A stretch of DNA of 63,588 nucleotides, filler included, from Choristocarpus tenellus KU-1152 (Eukaryota; Protista; Phaeophyceae): NCBI GenBank assembly GCA_964200185.2. It is 12 parts of 12 records of this genome, joined end to end, with 100 filler letters (N's around TTAATTAATTAA, not from the genome) between each part and the next. Parts side by side here need not be neighbours in the genome. Positions count along the whole stretch, not along the records: positions 60,751 to 63,588 come from CAXNAD020024304.1; 11 more parts are not named here. One strand, 5' to 3'. Shown one piece after another: positions 62,375 to 63,588 of the stretch. The notes below the pieces were generated by a model, which saw only the letters and a list, made by a program, of their open reading frames with translations, was not told where the DNA came from and did no database searches. The position numbers were made by a program, and so were the translations under genes. Position 1 is the first letter of the stretch. Every line of letters begins with the position of its first letter.

Positions 62375-62555
62375 GGCTCAAGGTGTCTGAGGGGTGGTGG
62401 CGGCTGTCCTTTTGGGCCCCATTTTTCCATGTCGCAATTTTTTGGTCATTTGGTTGCATGTGTCGGATGGATAATGTAAGTGCACTTCTCCTGGTCAGGG
62501 CCCAAATCGACACCCTGATGTAGACCCCCCCCCCCCCCCCCAGATACTTTGAGTC
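62375..62555 (-). mobile_element. MITE family B, complete copy (TSD AGAA)
   Basis: AGAA|GGC...GTC|AGAA. Confidence 0.95.
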
Positions 62556-62645
62556 AGAATAGGGTGGGTTTTTGTTACAGGCGCCCCTCAGAACTCACCT
62601 CCACAGGATATGCAACTCAAATCCAATGACCTTAACACGACACTA

Positions 62646-63588
62646 CAGGGGGGGTCCACAGATGATAACAACGTACGGTGTCAGCTTAATGCTTAGCTCA
62701 GTCAATGTCTCGCTTTTCGCTTTATCAAAAGAGGTAACATCAAAAAGGAACTGAGGGCGTGGTAGTCCACATCAGCCTTCTATTAACTGTGCAAAATAGG
62801 ACAATAGTGAGGTGTACCTATTTTTTGTATATGAGATTATTGTGGTGAATTGAGTCCATGTAATGAAACTAATGAGATAGTACATCCGAATTATGTATGG
62901 GATTATGTATTGGTATTTATTCCGCATTCAACTACTTCGACATAACCGTTGACTTAGACAGGAAGCACAAATAAATAATAAACAAGCAATGAGAAGATAC
63001 CACACAAAGGTCACTCTTCTAATTCCAACCATGTAATCACGTCCAGCAAAGGGGGTCGTGTGAGGCTTCACACCTTCTTATTTTCACTACTAACAAATAG
63101 CATTACCTCCCAAGGTAATTTGCACAGGTTATGAGCCTCAGTAGTATGGAGAAAAGGAGCAGGTGATGGGCCCGAGCGACATGAAGAATTTGCCCAACTG
63201 GACTGGAGTACCAGCACGATCAGTGGAGACTTGGATAACTTGGAGATTGTATCTGGTGGTTTATGCCAGTGAAAGGGTCTATAAGATATTGTGCGGCGAA
63301 AATACATCGTTCTCAGGAACCAATATCACACTGGAACTGCAAAGAGGAATCAACAAAGGACACACGGAGGACGAGATCCCCGTGGAGCTGAAACGACCCG
63401 ATATAAGCTGCAGGAAGCTGAAATGGGCAATAGTATCATCATCATCGTCATCCCAACAAAGTGGACCTGCACCTTCGACACAAATGGAAGCTGGAGGCTA
63501 AGGAGACATGAGAGATAAAGTGAAAGCAAGACATCGACTGAGCTAAACTCCAAGCTGACACCGTACGTGGTTATCATCTGTGGACTCC
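62646..63588. mobile_element. Non-autonomous TIR element (~950 bp; Tc1/mariner-like ends), right end running off the window
   Basis: Inverted repeats of about 75 bp at ~62652-62726 and ~63515-63588 (GTCCACAGATGATAAC.ACGTACGGTGTCAGCTT). The left end reads TA|CAGGGG. Confidence 0.8.

Overview
This is eukaryotic, intron-rich, transposon-dense DNA. It is not one continuous locus: 12 contigs are joined by 11 artificial 100-nt spacers (N44-TTAATTAATTAA-N44), so adjacency across gaps means nothing. Short exons in long GT-AG introns, TTAGGG repeats, RTE-type LINEs and DD39D-type mariners suggest a stramenopile such as a brown alga (inference only). Host genes rebuilt from splice sites and reading phase are: six exons of THOC2 (49946-56096, +); seven exons of a STAND-NTPase / soluble-adenylyl-cyclase-like protein (5722-9010, +); a coiled-coil/low-complexity gene (~19859-25197, +); a large Arg/Ser/Lys-rich exon (34538-35775); and weaker minus-strand exons. 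The rest is mostly decayed copia, gypsy, LINE and Tc1/mariner relics. The most striking signal is a set of at least four non-autonomous DNA-transposon (MITE) families, about 27 whole or partial copies. They share the terminal motif G-R-N-Y-(C/G)-AAAGTAT, and families A and B also share a subterminal GTCCATTTGG box. Their target-site duplications are perfect but of two lengths, 3 bp (6 cases) and 4 bp (4 cases), within the same families. Other leads are a near-perfect 40-bp hairpin fused to a tRNA-Val half, an AT-rich intronless island of possibly foreign origin, a foldback element, and a TTAGGG-carrying dispersed repeat.
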